From a bacterium (GTDB taxonomy: Bacteria; Hinthialibacterota; Hinthialibacteria; Hinthialibacterales; Hinthialibacteraceae), in assembly GCA_041946805.1 (NCBI GenBank), contig JBHGBC010000014.1, forward strand, positions 1 through 64,000: DNA of 64,000 nt, given 5' to 3'. Of this stretch, positions 17,293-27,173 are shown one piece after another. The translations under genes and the position numbers were made by a program. A model generated the notes under the pieces. It was not told where the DNA came from, searched no databases, and saw only the letters and a list, made by a program, of their open reading frames with translations. Position 1 is the first letter of the stretch. Every line of letters begins with the position of its first letter.

Positions 17293-20109
17293 ATGATTGA
17301 CCGTGAATTCCGCGCCGCGTTTTTTATCCTGGCCGTAGTATCGTTCCTTGGGATTCATCCAACCGCCTGGCCGGATGAAATCGTCTTGGAAAACCAATTC
17401 GTGCAATACGTCATCGGCCCGGATGGAAAGAACCTGCATTTCCTGGATAAATCCTCCGGCCGGGATTTTTGTGATCTCTCTTCTCCCACATTTTGCGCCG
17501 CGATCCAGGCGGGTGGACAAGAGCGCCCCGCCACCGCCGCATCGTTTGACGGCCAACATCTCCAGTTGGAATTTGGTGACACCGGCGTCCGCGCCATGGT
17601 GAAGGTGACCAACCGGGACCGCTATTTCCTGTTGGAGGTAAACGAAGTCACCGGCGGTGAAGTGGATTCCTTCACCTTCCTGCATGTCCCGCTCGTGGAT
17701 CCCGGCAACCCGCTGGCGGGTTGCGTGTTGGCTCTCGATCTCCAGACCAACGTCCCCGAATTGCCCCAGGCCAACGCCCTGTTGCGGGCAACCGCTTATT
17801 CCCGCTTCGGCCTGGCCGGTGCGGAGGCGGCCCTGATCGGTTGTCCCCATTCCGAATTGCGCGGCGTCATGAAGGAAGTGGTCAGCCAGGCGGACGAGAT
17901 CCCCCGTTCCACCCTCGGCGGCCCGTGGGCCATGGACGCGGCGATCAACAAGGGATCATACCTCTTCAACTTCGGCGATATGTCCATCGACAAGGTGGAT
18001 GAGTGGATCGCCCTCGCCAAGCAGTTGGGAATCACACAAATCGATTTCCACGGCGGCTCCTCGTTCCGCTTCGGCGACTGCGAACCCAATCCCAAAACCT
18101 ATCCGGAAGGCCGCCAGAGTTTCAAGGCCGTCATCGACCGCCTGCACGAGGCCGGCATCGCCGCCGGTTTGCACACCTACGCGTTCTTCATCGACAAGAA
18201 ATGCCCCTGGGTCACGCCCGTTCCCGATCCCCGGCTGGGCAAGGACGCCACTTTCACTCTCGCGGCCGATTTGACTATCGACGCATCGGCGGTGCCGGTG
18301 ATTGAATCCACGGAAAAGATGTCCACCATCACGGGATTCTTTGTCCAGAACAGCGTGACCCTGCAAATCGAGGACGAATTGATCATCTACGCGGGCATCG
18401 CCAAGGAACCGCCGTACGCCTTCACCCCGTGCCAGCGGGGCGCCTACGGCACCAAAGCCGCTTCTCATCCCCAAGGGGCCAAGGTCCATCATCTCAAGGA
18501 ATGCTTCGGATTGTTCACTCCCGAGGGGGATTCCACTTTGCTCACCGAAGTCGCCGCCCGCCAGGCCGACATGTACAACGAATGCGGCTTCGACATGATG
18601 TACCTGGACGCCTTGGACGGCGAGAGCATCCTCGGCGGTTGGGAACACAGCTGGCATTACGGTTCGAAGTATGTCTTCGAATTGGCCTCCCGCCTGAAAA
18701 AGCCGGCCTTGATGGAAATGAGCACCTTCCATCATCACCTGTGGTACGTCCGGTCCCGCATGGGCGCGTGGGACCATCCCACCCGCGGGCACAAACGCTT
18801 CATCGATCTGCACTGCCAGGCCAACGAGGAACTGAAAAAGATGTTTCTGCCCGGCCACCTGGGCTGGTGGGCGATCAAGACCTGGTCCGGCATTCAGGGC
18901 GAACCGACCTTCTTCGACGACATCGAATATCTCTGCGGCAAAAGCCTGGGCAACGAAGTGGGCTTTTCCATCATGGGCATCAATCCGGAAAACCGCCATC
19001 AACCTCTCTACCAGCGGTTTTCGGAAATCATCCGGCGGTATGAGAACCTGCGGCACGCCGGCTATTTCGGCGAAAAGACCAAGGAACAACTGCGCCAGCC
19101 GGGAAAGGAATTCACCCTCAGAAAAACCGCCGGTGACCAATGGCGGCTGGTCCCGCGCGCGTATGTCAAACACAAAGTGGCAGGGCTGAAGGATGGTACC
19201 AACACGTGGAACGTGCACAATCCCTACGCGGATCAACCCCTCCGGCTGCGGCTGGAAGCCCTGATGTCAACCCGGCCCTACGACGCCACCGAGGCCATCG
19301 TGCTCACGGATTGCGCCAATTCAGATGAGTTTGCGGACCGCGCCGCCGCCGAGGGAGTCCACGGGGATTTCCGGTCCGCTACCTCAGAAACAAAGGGTGG
19401 ATCCGCCAACGGGATTCTCACCGCCGCCAACACCGGCGTCGCCGAGGCCTCCGCCGCCTGGTACATGGCCGGGACGGCGTTCTCCAAGCCGCTCAATCTG
19501 GACGGCCACCAGGCGCTGGGCGTGTGGATCAAGGGCGACGGCCGGGGCGAAGTGCTGAATCTGCAGCTGCGCAGCCCCGAACACCTGATCGGCGGCTTCG
19601 GCGAGCGGTATATCGTGATCGACTTCACCGGCTGGAAATATTTCGAGCTGATCGAAATGGAGGCCGAGCGCTACAGCGGCTACCGCTGGCCGTATGGTTC
19701 ACTGTATTCCGCCTACCGGGAGAACCTGGTCTTCAGCCAGGTGGACCATCTGAATTTATGGTTCAATAACATCCCCGCCGGCCAGTCCGTGGAATGCCAA
19801 ATCAGCCCCATCCAGGCCCTGCCCACCGTGAGCATGACGATCAAGAATCCCTCGGTCCATGTTGGGGACGCGAAGATCACCTTTCCGGCCGAATTGCAAT
19901 CGGGCGAGTACATCGAAATGTTCTCGGTGACCGATTGCACGCATTACGGGAAGGATGGCAATGTTATCGCGAACGTGAAGCCGGTGGGAAACCTGCCTCT
20001 GTTGCGGAACGGGAAGAATACCCTCGAGTTTCACTGCGAACCGGATTTGGATTTGAATCCCCATGTGAAGGTCACGGTCATTTGTGAAGACACCCCGGAG
20101 GAAGAATAA
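17293..20109 (+). CDS. Large secreted protein, probable carbohydrate-active TIM-barrel enzyme with accessory beta-sandwich domains
   Basis: Signal peptide; GGGGAG RBS; LHEAGIAAGLHTY and GFDMMYLDALDG resemble glycoside hydrolase barrel strands; family not assignable by eye. Confidence 0.6.
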   Translation: MIDREFRAAFFILAVVSFLGIHPTAWPDEIVLENQFVQYVIGPDGKNLHFLDKSSGRDFCDLSSPTFCAAIQAGGQERPATAASFDGQHLQLEFGDTGVRAMVKVTNRDRYFLLEVNEVTGGEVDSFTFLHVPLVDPGNPLAGCVLALDLQTNVPELPQANALLRATAYSRFGLAGAEAALIGCPHSELRGVMKEVVSQADEIPRSTLGGPWAMDAAINKGSYLFNFGDMSIDKVDEWIALAKQLGITQIDFHGGSSFRFGDCEPNPKTYPEGRQSFKAVIDRLHEAGIAAGLHTYAFFIDKKCPWVTPVPDPRLGKDATFTLAADLTIDASAVPVIESTEKMSTITGFFVQNSVTLQIEDELIIYAGIAKEPPYAFTPCQRGAYGTKAASHPQGAKVHHLKECFGLFTPEGDSTLLTEVAARQADMYNECGFDMMYLDALDGESILGGWEHSWHYGSKYVFELASRLKKPALMEMSTFHHHLWYVRSRMGAWDHPTRGHKRFIDLHCQANEELKKMFLPGHLGWWAIKTWSGIQGEPTFFDDIEYLCGKSLGNEVGFSIMGINPENRHQPLYQRFSEIIRRYENLRHAGYFGEKTKEQLRQPGKEFTLRKTAGDQWRLVPRAYVKHKVAGLKDGTNTWNVHNPYADQPLRLRLEALMSTRPYDATEAIVLTDCANSDEFADRAAAEGVHGDFRSATSETKGGSANGILTAANTGVAEASAAWYMAGTAFSKPLNLDGHQALGVWIKGDGRGEVLNLQLRSPEHLIGGFGERYIVIDFTGWKYFELIEMEAERYSGYRWPYGSLYSAYRENLVFSQVDHLNLWFNNIPAGQSVECQISPIQALPTVSMTIKNPSVHVGDAKITFPAELQSGEYIEMFSVTDCTHYGKDGNVIANVKPVGNLPLLRNGKNTLEFHCEPDLDLNPHVKVTVICEDTPEEE

Positions 20110-20126
20110 AAACACACTTCCTTTCT

Positions 20127-20160
20127 CCCTCTCCCTCGGGGGGTGGGGTGGGGTGAGGGA
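20127..20160. repeat. BoxC-like palindrome between convergent genes
   Basis: ccctctccctcggggggtggggtggggtgaggga. Confidence 0.6.
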
Positions 20161-20234
20161 AGATGCATAGGTTTCGGGTTTCGGTGTTTTTCGGATTCAC
20201 TTGATTGTCCGGGCCGATCTCCCCAGGCTCCAGG

Positions 20235-21482
20235 CTATTCCATCGTATTTCCCGCGGAACTGGCCGGTTCATTGGATACCGGGATGAATTTCAAGCACAC
20301 CGGCGTGGGGATTTCCGTGATCGCGCCCGTGAACTCCAGCCGCCCGGTTTGGGCGTCACGCCGGAACGTGGCCACCGTGCCGGAATCCTGGTTGGCCGCC
20401 AGCAGGAACTGGCCCGTGGGATCGAGGGCGAAATTGCGGGGCGTCTTTCCCTGGGTCGATACATGCTCCACGTAAGTCAGGTTGCCGGTGCCCGCGCCGA
20501 TCTGGTAAACGACGATACTGTTGTGCCCGCGGTTGGAGCCGTAGACGAATTTCCCGTCGGGCGATACGTGGATATCCGCGCAATAACTGGTTCCCTTGAA
20601 ATCAGCCGGCAACGCGGGGACGGTTTGGATTTTCGCCAACGCGCCGGTGGCGGAATCGTACGAATACGCGTTGATCGTGTTGTCGAGTTCCTGGATCGAA
20701 AACGCCCACGGGCCGCTGGGATGAAAGACGAAATGCCGCGGACCGGCCGCGGGATCGGTCTGTACAAAGGGCGTGGAGTTGGGAATCAGTTTCCCCTGCG
20801 CGCGGTCGAGTTGATAAATCATGATCTTGTCGAGCCCCAGGTCGGGAACAAACACGAAACGTTCCGCGGGATCCAGGACGATCGAGTGCGGATGCGGGCC
20901 ATCCTGGCGCCGGGGATCCGCGCCCGCACCGGTGTGTTGCACGACATCCGAGGCGGGCGCCAGCTTTCCATCGCTTTCGACGGGAAACACACAGGCGTTG
21001 CGGCCGCTGTAGTTCGCCGCGAAGATCCAGCGGCTCTCGCGGTCCACGCTGACATAACACGGCGCGCCGCCCTGGGTGGATTGCCGGTTCAGGAAGGTCA
21101 GGCCGCCCGTTTTCAGATCGATGGAAAACGCGCTGACGCCGCCCGAGCGGGAATTTTCATTCACCGCGTACAGGTATTTCGATTGAGGCTCGATACACAG
21201 GTACGAAGGATTTTGAATCCCCACCGCCTTGTTCGCGTAGGTCAGCCCGCCGGTTTCCGCGTTGAACCGGTACACGTAGATCCCTTCACTGCCGCCGGAG
21301 GTGTACGTTCCCACAACCATATAAAACTCAGTTTCCGGTGTAGACATGGCGGACGCCTCGCTTGGCGGCCAAAAGAATGGAAATCCATCCAGATTGGAAT
21401 TCACGAATCCGGCCCCGATCGGCAAAACCGCCAGGCAGATCAGCCAACGCCGGCGTGATGGAAAATGACATGGATGACGCAT
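20235..21482 (-). CDS. pgl: 6-phosphogluconolactonase-family (Pgl/YkgB) beta-propeller lactonase with a possible Tat-like leader
   Basis: VGTYT, NPSYL, HPHS, PDLGLD, AGPRH, GSNRGHNS and TPRNF motifs. Confidence 0.85.
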   Translation of the reverse strand: MRHPCHFPSRRRWLICLAVLPIGAGFVNSNLDGFPFFWPPSEASAMSTPETEFYMVVGTYTSGGSEGIYVYRFNAETGGLTYANKAVGIQNPSYLCIEPQSKYLYAVNENSRSGGVSAFSIDLKTGGLTFLNRQSTQGGAPCYVSVDRESRWIFAANYSGRNACVFPVESDGKLAPASDVVQHTGAGADPRRQDGPHPHSIVLDPAERFVFVPDLGLDKIMIYQLDRAQGKLIPNSTPFVQTDPAAGPRHFVFHPSGPWAFSIQELDNTINAYSYDSATGALAKIQTVPALPADFKGTSYCADIHVSPDGKFVYGSNRGHNSIVVYQIGAGTGNLTYVEHVSTQGKTPRNFALDPTGQFLLAANQDSGTVATFRRDAQTGRLEFTGAITEIPTPVCLKFIPVSNEPASSAGNTME

Positions 21483-21558
21483 GATGGTGATTCCTTTTGA
21501 TCATCTGGATCCCAGGGTCAAAATCCTGGGCCGCTCGCAAACCCTATCGCTAATGCAT

Positions 21559-21624
21559 TCCCTCTCCCCCCGGGAGAGGGCCAGGGTGAGGGAATCTTGT
21601 AGGGGCGGACCTTCGTGTCCGCCC
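21559..21624 (-). repeat. Composite BoxC-like + GTAG REP
   Basis: Reverse complement of the 11125-11190 composite. Confidence 0.8.
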
Positions 21625-21678
21625 CATGTGCCGCGCATCTCCCGTCCGGTTTTTGGGCGGCCTCCATCCCCTGTTCCT

Positions 21679-22923
21679 CTACGATTGAAACGGATACCGT
21701 ACCTTCTCGATCGGCAATCCCCGCACATCGATCTGCGATAGATCCGCCGTGCCCAAACCCGCGCGTTCCGCCAATAGCAGGTGGTTGTCCCCGTTCTCGA
21801 ACGGCGTGGTTCCCCGCTCCGCCCGCGGATCGGGATAGCCCATGACCGCCAGGCCGACGGCGTCCGTCGACACGGGATTGAGCCCCGCGATCAACACTCC
21901 GGGCGCCACCGGCTTAATTCCGCGCGACCAGAATCCCTCGCCGCCGCTCATCGAGGTGATGCCGTCGATCACCGCCAGATGCACCGGACGCGCCGCGCAC
22001 AGATCCACGACCACCCGGGGCACCACGAAGCCCGCGTCGCGGCCGAGTTTCTGCTTGACGCCCGGCAGCGCGACCGCCCTGCCCCACCGGCCGCCACCAT
22101 GCATGGAACCGCGCGCCTGGATGGCGTCTTCCGATCCGGCGTCATCGCCGTAGAGAGAGCACGGCGTGATGCCGAACATGTTCTTCATGGAGAGCGTGAT
22201 GCCGGCGATCCCATGATTCTTCAGCTTGGCCAGCGAAATCAATACATCCGTGTCTTCGTAGGCTTGATTCAATTGGAACGAGTCGAAAAGCAGTGCCGGT
22301 TCGGGAACCTTGATTTCCGCGTAACTTTTCCCACTCCCCAGATTCCGGGTGTTTTCGCCTTCCACGTTGCCGAGCGCCAGCAGGCTCTTCACGTCCCAGC
22401 CCACCATTTCCATGACTTCATTCATGGATTTGCGGTAATACGCGCATTCCACGAATCGCACCCGCTTCGCTCCTTCTTCCAAGAGAATGGCTGCCAACGC
22501 GATGGCGGTCGCGCCGTGAGTCAGGTAGGTTTCCCCGGGCGGTTTGCCGAACAGCGTTTCATACGGGCTGCCGGTGAAATTCACCTTCACCGTGACCGTC
22601 TTGCCTTTCACCAGCGAGCCAATGCCGCCCAGCAGGTCAAAGCATTTTTTCATGGATTCCTTGACTTCCGGCCCGTAACCCCGGCATTCGGCGATGGCCG
22701 CCTTGGCGTTGGCCAGGTGTTCCGCCGGAATCGGCCGGGAGGGAGCTTCCGCCTCCAGGGCGTGCGACAAGGCCCACGGCCCCGCCACGGCCACGCCCAC
22801 TCCCAAACGCAAGAAACGGCGCCGGCTGCAGGGATACGGGAGTTTCTCTAAGGTCTGTTTCTCCAGAATCTGGTTTACCGAGGTCTTCTTTTTCACGGAG
22901 GATCTCCTGTCTCGATCAAGCAC
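21679..22923 (-). CDS. DUF362-domain protein with twin-arginine signal
   Basis: SRRRFL signal; VTVKVN, AKLKNH...TLSMKNMFG, AVIDGI and NPVSTD motifs. Confidence 0.85.
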   Translation of the reverse strand: MLDRDRRSSVKKKTSVNQILEKQTLEKLPYPCSRRRFLRLGVGVAVAGPWALSHALEAEAPSRPIPAEHLANAKAAIAECRGYGPEVKESMKKCFDLLGGIGSLVKGKTVTVKVNFTGSPYETLFGKPPGETYLTHGATAIALAAILLEEGAKRVRFVECAYYRKSMNEVMEMVGWDVKSLLALGNVEGENTRNLGSGKSYAEIKVPEPALLFDSFQLNQAYEDTDVLISLAKLKNHGIAGITLSMKNMFGITPCSLYGDDAGSEDAIQARGSMHGGGRWGRAVALPGVKQKLGRDAGFVVPRVVVDLCAARPVHLAVIDGITSMSGGEGFWSRGIKPVAPGVLIAGLNPVSTDAVGLAVMGYPDPRAERGTTPFENGDNHLLLAERAGLGTADLSQIDVRGLPIEKVRYPFQS

Positions 22924-23009
22924 GGTTCTCGATACAAAATCCCCTTAAAAATACGCTGTTTTGCGGGAAATAACTAGATGAAGAAAATCTTTTCTGTAAA
23001 CTAATCCGC

Positions 23010-23627
23010 ATGAACAGCTGCTCATTTACCTTGATAGAATTGCTGATCGTGGTGGCCATCATCGGGGTGTTGGCGGCGATCGCGGTCCCGAATTTCCTGA
23101 ACGCGCGTGTCCGGTCGCAAATCGCCCGGGCCGAGGCCGATCTCTCGGCCCTCGACCACGCGCTGGAGATGTATCATTTGGACAATAACGCCTACCCGCC
23201 CGACTGGCAGGACCAGAATCTTCCCGATGCCGGCAAGCGGCCCATCGGCGGGCGTTTTTCGTTTTCCCGGGTGAATTTGGCCATCATCGCGCATCACTAT
23301 GAGTTGACCTCGCCCATCGCTTATATCAGCAGCCTGCCCCGCGACACCTTCGAAAGCCTGGAAAACAAGATGAACCAGCTGCCTCCCGAGTGGATCCACT
23401 CGTACTGGTACCTGCGTTGCGGACCCGCCCCGCCGCGCAGCCGGGTGGAGTTCGAGGTGTTCAACGGCCGGCGGTATGAAAGCCTTTCGTGGGTACTGTT
23501 CGGCCGCGGTCCGGATGGTGAGCGTCAACAAGACCAGCCGGGCGTGAGCGCCGCCGACTGGCTGCTGGCCTACGCGCCCTCCAACGGCCTCTACAGCCGC
23601 GGCGACCTGTACCGCATGGGGCATTGA
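23010..23627 (+). CDS. Prepilin-type N-terminal cleavage/methylation protein
   Basis: CS|FTLIELLIVVAIIGVLAAIAVPNF. Confidence 0.9.
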   Translation: MNSCSFTLIELLIVVAIIGVLAAIAVPNFLNARVRSQIARAEADLSALDHALEMYHLDNNAYPPDWQDQNLPDAGKRPIGGRFSFSRVNLAIIAHHYELTSPIAYISSLPRDTFESLENKMNQLPPEWIHSYWYLRCGPAPPRSRVEFEVFNGRRYESLSWVLFGRGPDGERQQDQPGVSAADWLLAYAPSNGLYSRGDLYRMGH

Positions 23628-23714
23628 TAGGCAGGATTGCATTTTGGACGCCATGCAGGATGAACCAGCGCGACGCGTAACGCCGATGGTTGCCCTCTCC
23701 CTTCGGGCTGATCT

Positions 23715-23755
23715 TCCCTCACCCCGGCCCTCTCCCAGAGGGAGAGGGAGAGGGA
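23715..23755. repeat. BoxC-like palindrome
   Basis: tccctcaccccggccctctcccagagggagaggg; partial inverted copy near 23840-23866. Confidence 0.75.
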
Positions 23756-23958
23756 GTGGCAACAGAGAGGTGGCGGGCTGGATGAGTTACGCGCCGGCGC
23801 GCCAATTCATCCACCTTTCACTTCTGAGTACAAATCAGCCTTTTGTGAGAGGGCCAGGGTGAGGGGATAATGGAGAGAGACTCGCGGAGCCTCACCACTC
23901 CAAATCCTCTGACATGCAACAAGATCGCTATCATTCCAACTAAAGGAGAGTATCCATA

Positions 23959-25056
23959 ATGAACCGCAATCGCCAAACCATCATGCACGCGGGAATGGCC
24001 TGTATTTTGGTATTGACTGTCTCCTTTCCCGCCTATTCCCAATCCGTGACGGTCACCACGCCGGAGGAACTGGCCGCGGCGGTCTCCGTGCCCAATAACG
24101 TCATTTATGTCGGAGAAGATTTGGTATTCGAGCCAGGCGGTGTCAACGTGCTGCCGTTCATCACGGGCAACAGCGTCGTGCTGGAGAGCGATCCGGCGGG
24201 GCCGGTCCGCACGATCACCCTGCTCGATTCCGCCAAGTGGGAGGGCGTCTTCGCGGACAACGTGACCGTCCGCCGCCTGCGTTTCGTGGCGAACGACACG
24301 GCCGCGCCCGCCGGCGAAGCCCCGTACGCGCCGGGATTTTTCATCGCCCTGTTCGGCAACACGCAAAACGACAATTCCAACCAGCCGGGGGGAGACCCGA
24401 CCGTGATCGAACACGTGACCTTCGAGGATTGCGTCTTCACCGGATTCGGCGGCGCGGGCGAACCGGGCGCGATCGCCCGCATCGACCTGGACGCGGTCTC
24501 CATCACGTTCCGCCGCTGCTTCCTGGATTACACGGGCGGGCAAGCCGTTCTGCGCTACGGCCAATTCGGCGGCCAACCGGGCATGACCGGCCAGCTGGTG
24601 ATCGACCAATGCACGGTGGTGGGCTATCCGGTCGAAACCCCGAACCAGCCGCTCTTGATCTCCCTGCAATCCCTGGCCGATTCGAGCGGCGAGGGCATCG
24701 AGGTGGAAATCACGAATTCCATCCTGATTCCCGGCGGCAACGTGGACCCCGCCGCGGGCTTCGCGCCGTTCGGTCCGGCCGCCTGCTGGGGACATGGAGA
24801 CAAATTGCTGGCTTTCAAGGAAAACCACAATCTGCTGATCACCGGATCGGGGAACTTCGGCGGGGGCAATGAAAAAGTGGAAAGAGCGCCGGACGCCACG
24901 GACCTCGTCAACGTGGATCCGCAATTGACCGATATCACGGCCAAGAATTTCATCTTGCAACCCGGATCGCCCGCCATCGGCGCGGGCGCGGGCGGGATCA
25001 ACATCGGCGCGGACCAAACCACCAAAACCGACGTGCCATCATGGTTGAAATATTGA
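23959..25056 (+). CDS. Secreted beta-helix-like protein with C-terminal TDVPSWLKY tail
   Basis: AAGGAG RBS; signal peptide; DPQL...FILQPGSPAIGAG...NIGA cap motif typical of beta-helix proteins. Confidence 0.75.
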   Translation: MNRNRQTIMHAGMACILVLTVSFPAYSQSVTVTTPEELAAAVSVPNNVIYVGEDLVFEPGGVNVLPFITGNSVVLESDPAGPVRTITLLDSAKWEGVFADNVTVRRLRFVANDTAAPAGEAPYAPGFFIALFGNTQNDNSNQPGGDPTVIEHVTFEDCVFTGFGGAGEPGAIARIDLDAVSITFRRCFLDYTGGQAVLRYGQFGGQPGMTGQLVIDQCTVVGYPVETPNQPLLISLQSLADSSGEGIEVEITNSILIPGGNVDPAAGFAPFGPAACWGHGDKLLAFKENHNLLITGSGNFGGGNEKVERAPDATDLVNVDPQLTDITAKNFILQPGSPAIGAGAGGINIGADQTTKTDVPSWLKY

Positions 25057-25113
25057 GACAAAGCGAATGTGGGGTGGATTGAGCGCAGCGAAACCCACCC
25101 AAATATCCTTCTC

Positions 25114-25785
25114 CTATACATCCCCCGCGGTGTAGCCCGAGCAATCATAAAAGCCGGTATACGGGTGTCCGTGTCCATAATTGCCGGGGATGGGAGTCAG
25201 GAAATCGCCGTTGGAAACCAAGCCGTTGCTGGCTTCGTACCGGGCGGCGCTGGGCCGGGGGGAATCCAAATCCCCATCCGGACCGAAGCTCATGACGAAA
25301 AAAGCGGCGTTTTTGTTGGCCAGAAAATACTCCGGATCATTTTGGATGCCGTTTTCAAAACCATACGATTTGGTATTCCAGGCCATGGCCACTTCCGGGT
25401 GATACTGCCCCCAGGTGTTCTGCCACAACGTATCCGCTTTCGCCGTTTCCGATTGGGCGAAGGGATCCTCCGCCGAAATGTTCAAGTACGCGACGGGCGT
25501 GGTGACGAAGCGATGCTGGGCGGGGCCGTCACAGTGGGGCGGCCAGGCGTTGCGGTCCAGGTAGTACATCTGGTACGCGTGGCTGACCGTGCGCATATCC
25601 GCCTGAACCCGGGAAGTCAGGGCCTTGAGCCGCGCGTTGAGGAAGTTGGGCACGGCGATCGCGGCCAGGATGCCGATGATGGCCACGACAATCAGCAATT
25701 CAATCAAGGTGAACGCGCCCAGCCGGCGGTGCGGAGACTTCGGACGATTTTCCACAACCCGGGCTCCTCCCATCGATAGGATCAT
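25114..25785 (-). CDS. Prepilin-type N-terminal cleavage/methylation protein
   Basis: GA|FTLIELLIVVAIIGILAAIAVPNF. Confidence 0.9.
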   Translation of the reverse strand: MILSMGGARVVENRPKSPHRRLGAFTLIELLIVVAIIGILAAIAVPNFLNARLKALTSRVQADMRTVSHAYQMYYLDRNAWPPHCDGPAQHRFVTTPVAYLNISAEDPFAQSETAKADTLWQNTWGQYHPEVAMAWNTKSYGFENGIQNDPEYFLANKNAAFFVMSFGPDGDLDSPRPSAARYEASNGLVSNGDFLTPIPGNYGHGHPYTGFYDCSGYTAGDV

Positions 25786-25887
25786 GGGCTCAACGCGTAG
25801 CGTAGCCCGCCAAAATCAAGAACTCACTTCCGGCCCTGAAAAGGGACGGGGGGGAGTAGCCCCCTGTTTCAAACCGGGGCATGACTC

Positions 25888-25989
25888 TCCATCATCCCGT
25901 ACCTCTTGTCCATCCAGGCCATCCTGATTCAGACAATCCCCCCCGCTCTACTCCTCCCTCTCCTCCCGGGAGAGGGTTGGGGTGAGGGA
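25888..25989 (-). repeat. Composite BoxC-like + TTGTCTGAATCAGGAT repeat (inverted)
   Basis: atcctgattcagacaatcc followed by ccctctcctcccgggagaggg..gggtgaggg. Confidence 0.75.
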
Positions 25990-26101
25990 AAACCTTTCGC
26001 CAACCATTCACCTCCCGATTTTACGCAACCACCTCCCACGTCCCATCCCCGCTCCGCGCCCGCCGCGTCGCCGCGGTGGATCCGTTTTCCCCAAAACCGC
26101 C

Positions 26102-27067
26102 TCAATGGCACTCGGCTTCCAGCGGGCCGGCCAGGTCTTTCAGGAAGAACAGGCGGCCGGGCTGCGTGGGCATGAAGGTCGAGGGGAACCAGCGGTCGGG
26201 CCCGTAGCGCAACGTGATCCACAGGCTGGGGCCTTGCCATTGCATGCCGTTGGCAAACGCGCCGTCGCAACCGCCGATGATCTTGTCGGCCTTCAGGAAG
26301 AGGCCCGGCCCGATGGTATTGGCGAAGCACGAAATCAGCGTGTAGCGGCCCCGGAAGCTGGTCAGGGCGTTCTGCTCGATGGTGAGGGGATGCAGGGGCG
26401 CGGCCAGCCGGTAGCACTGCTCCATCCAATCTTTTTCTGAAAACTCGCCCGCGTATTGCGGTTCCCAAAAGGCGATATGGCAAGCCCGGCCGATGCCGAA
26501 GACCACCACCAGCGCCGCTCCCGCCTGGCGCAGCGCGGCGATCTGCTCGGGATATTTCGGCAGATCGGTCTTGGTGGCGAAGTGGCGCTGAGCGGGAGGC
26601 ACGGTGAGCTCACCCAACGGGCCGTAAAACGCCTCCTCCATCGCCTGCTGGAACGAACCGGCGGCGTCCGGGGCGAGCGTGTTGCCCTGCTGGTCGGACC
26701 ATTCGTCCATATTGAATCCATGAAAATGATCACAGGGGATGTTCCAGGCTTTCAGGAAAAAGACGGCCCATTTGTACATGCCCATCGGGCCGACCGGCAG
26801 AATGAACACCACCTCGCGCTTCTGCTCCCGGTACGCGCGGATGGTTTGGGCGATTTCGAATCCCATCATCGTGTCGAAATCCTGGATCGATTCGCAGCGG
26901 ACGGGTTGGAAGTCCTTATGCCACCAGGGCTGCCGGTCCAAAATGGTCTCGGGCGGATTCGAACAGCAGCGGTCGATCTTCGCCAGGTCCCATCCCTTCG
27001 GGTAGAAATTTTCCAACAGGGAACCCTTGATCGTGGAGAGCATATTGATTGCAGCCATGATCTTCAC
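26102..27067 (-). CDS. Glucosamine-6-phosphate isomerase/deaminase-like (NagB-fold) protein
   Basis: [14 protein letters not shown] and [13 protein letters not shown] motifs. Confidence 0.8.
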   Translation of the reverse strand: MKIMAAINMLSTIKGSLLENFYPKGWDLAKIDRCCSNPPETILDRQPWWHKDFQPVRCESIQDFDTMMGFEIAQTIRAYREQKREVVFILPVGPMGMYKWAVFFLKAWNIPCDHFHGFNMDEWSDQQGNTLAPDAAGSFQQAMEEAFYGPLGELTVPPAQRHFATKTDLPKYPEQIAALRQAGAALVVVFGIGRACHIAFWEPQYAGEFSEKDWMEQCYRLAAPLHPLTIEQNALTSFRGRYTLISCFANTIGPGLFLKADKIIGGCDGAFANGMQWQGPSLWITLRYGPDRWFPSTFMPTQPGRLFFLKDLAGPLEAECH

Positions 27068-27173
27068 CTTTCTTTCGATAGTGGACTAATTATAACATAG
27101 TAGCGAATGGAGTCCGTTTCCTTTGTTTCACATTTCACCGCAAATTTGAAGCCTTCCAGGAGGAAAAACGTCA

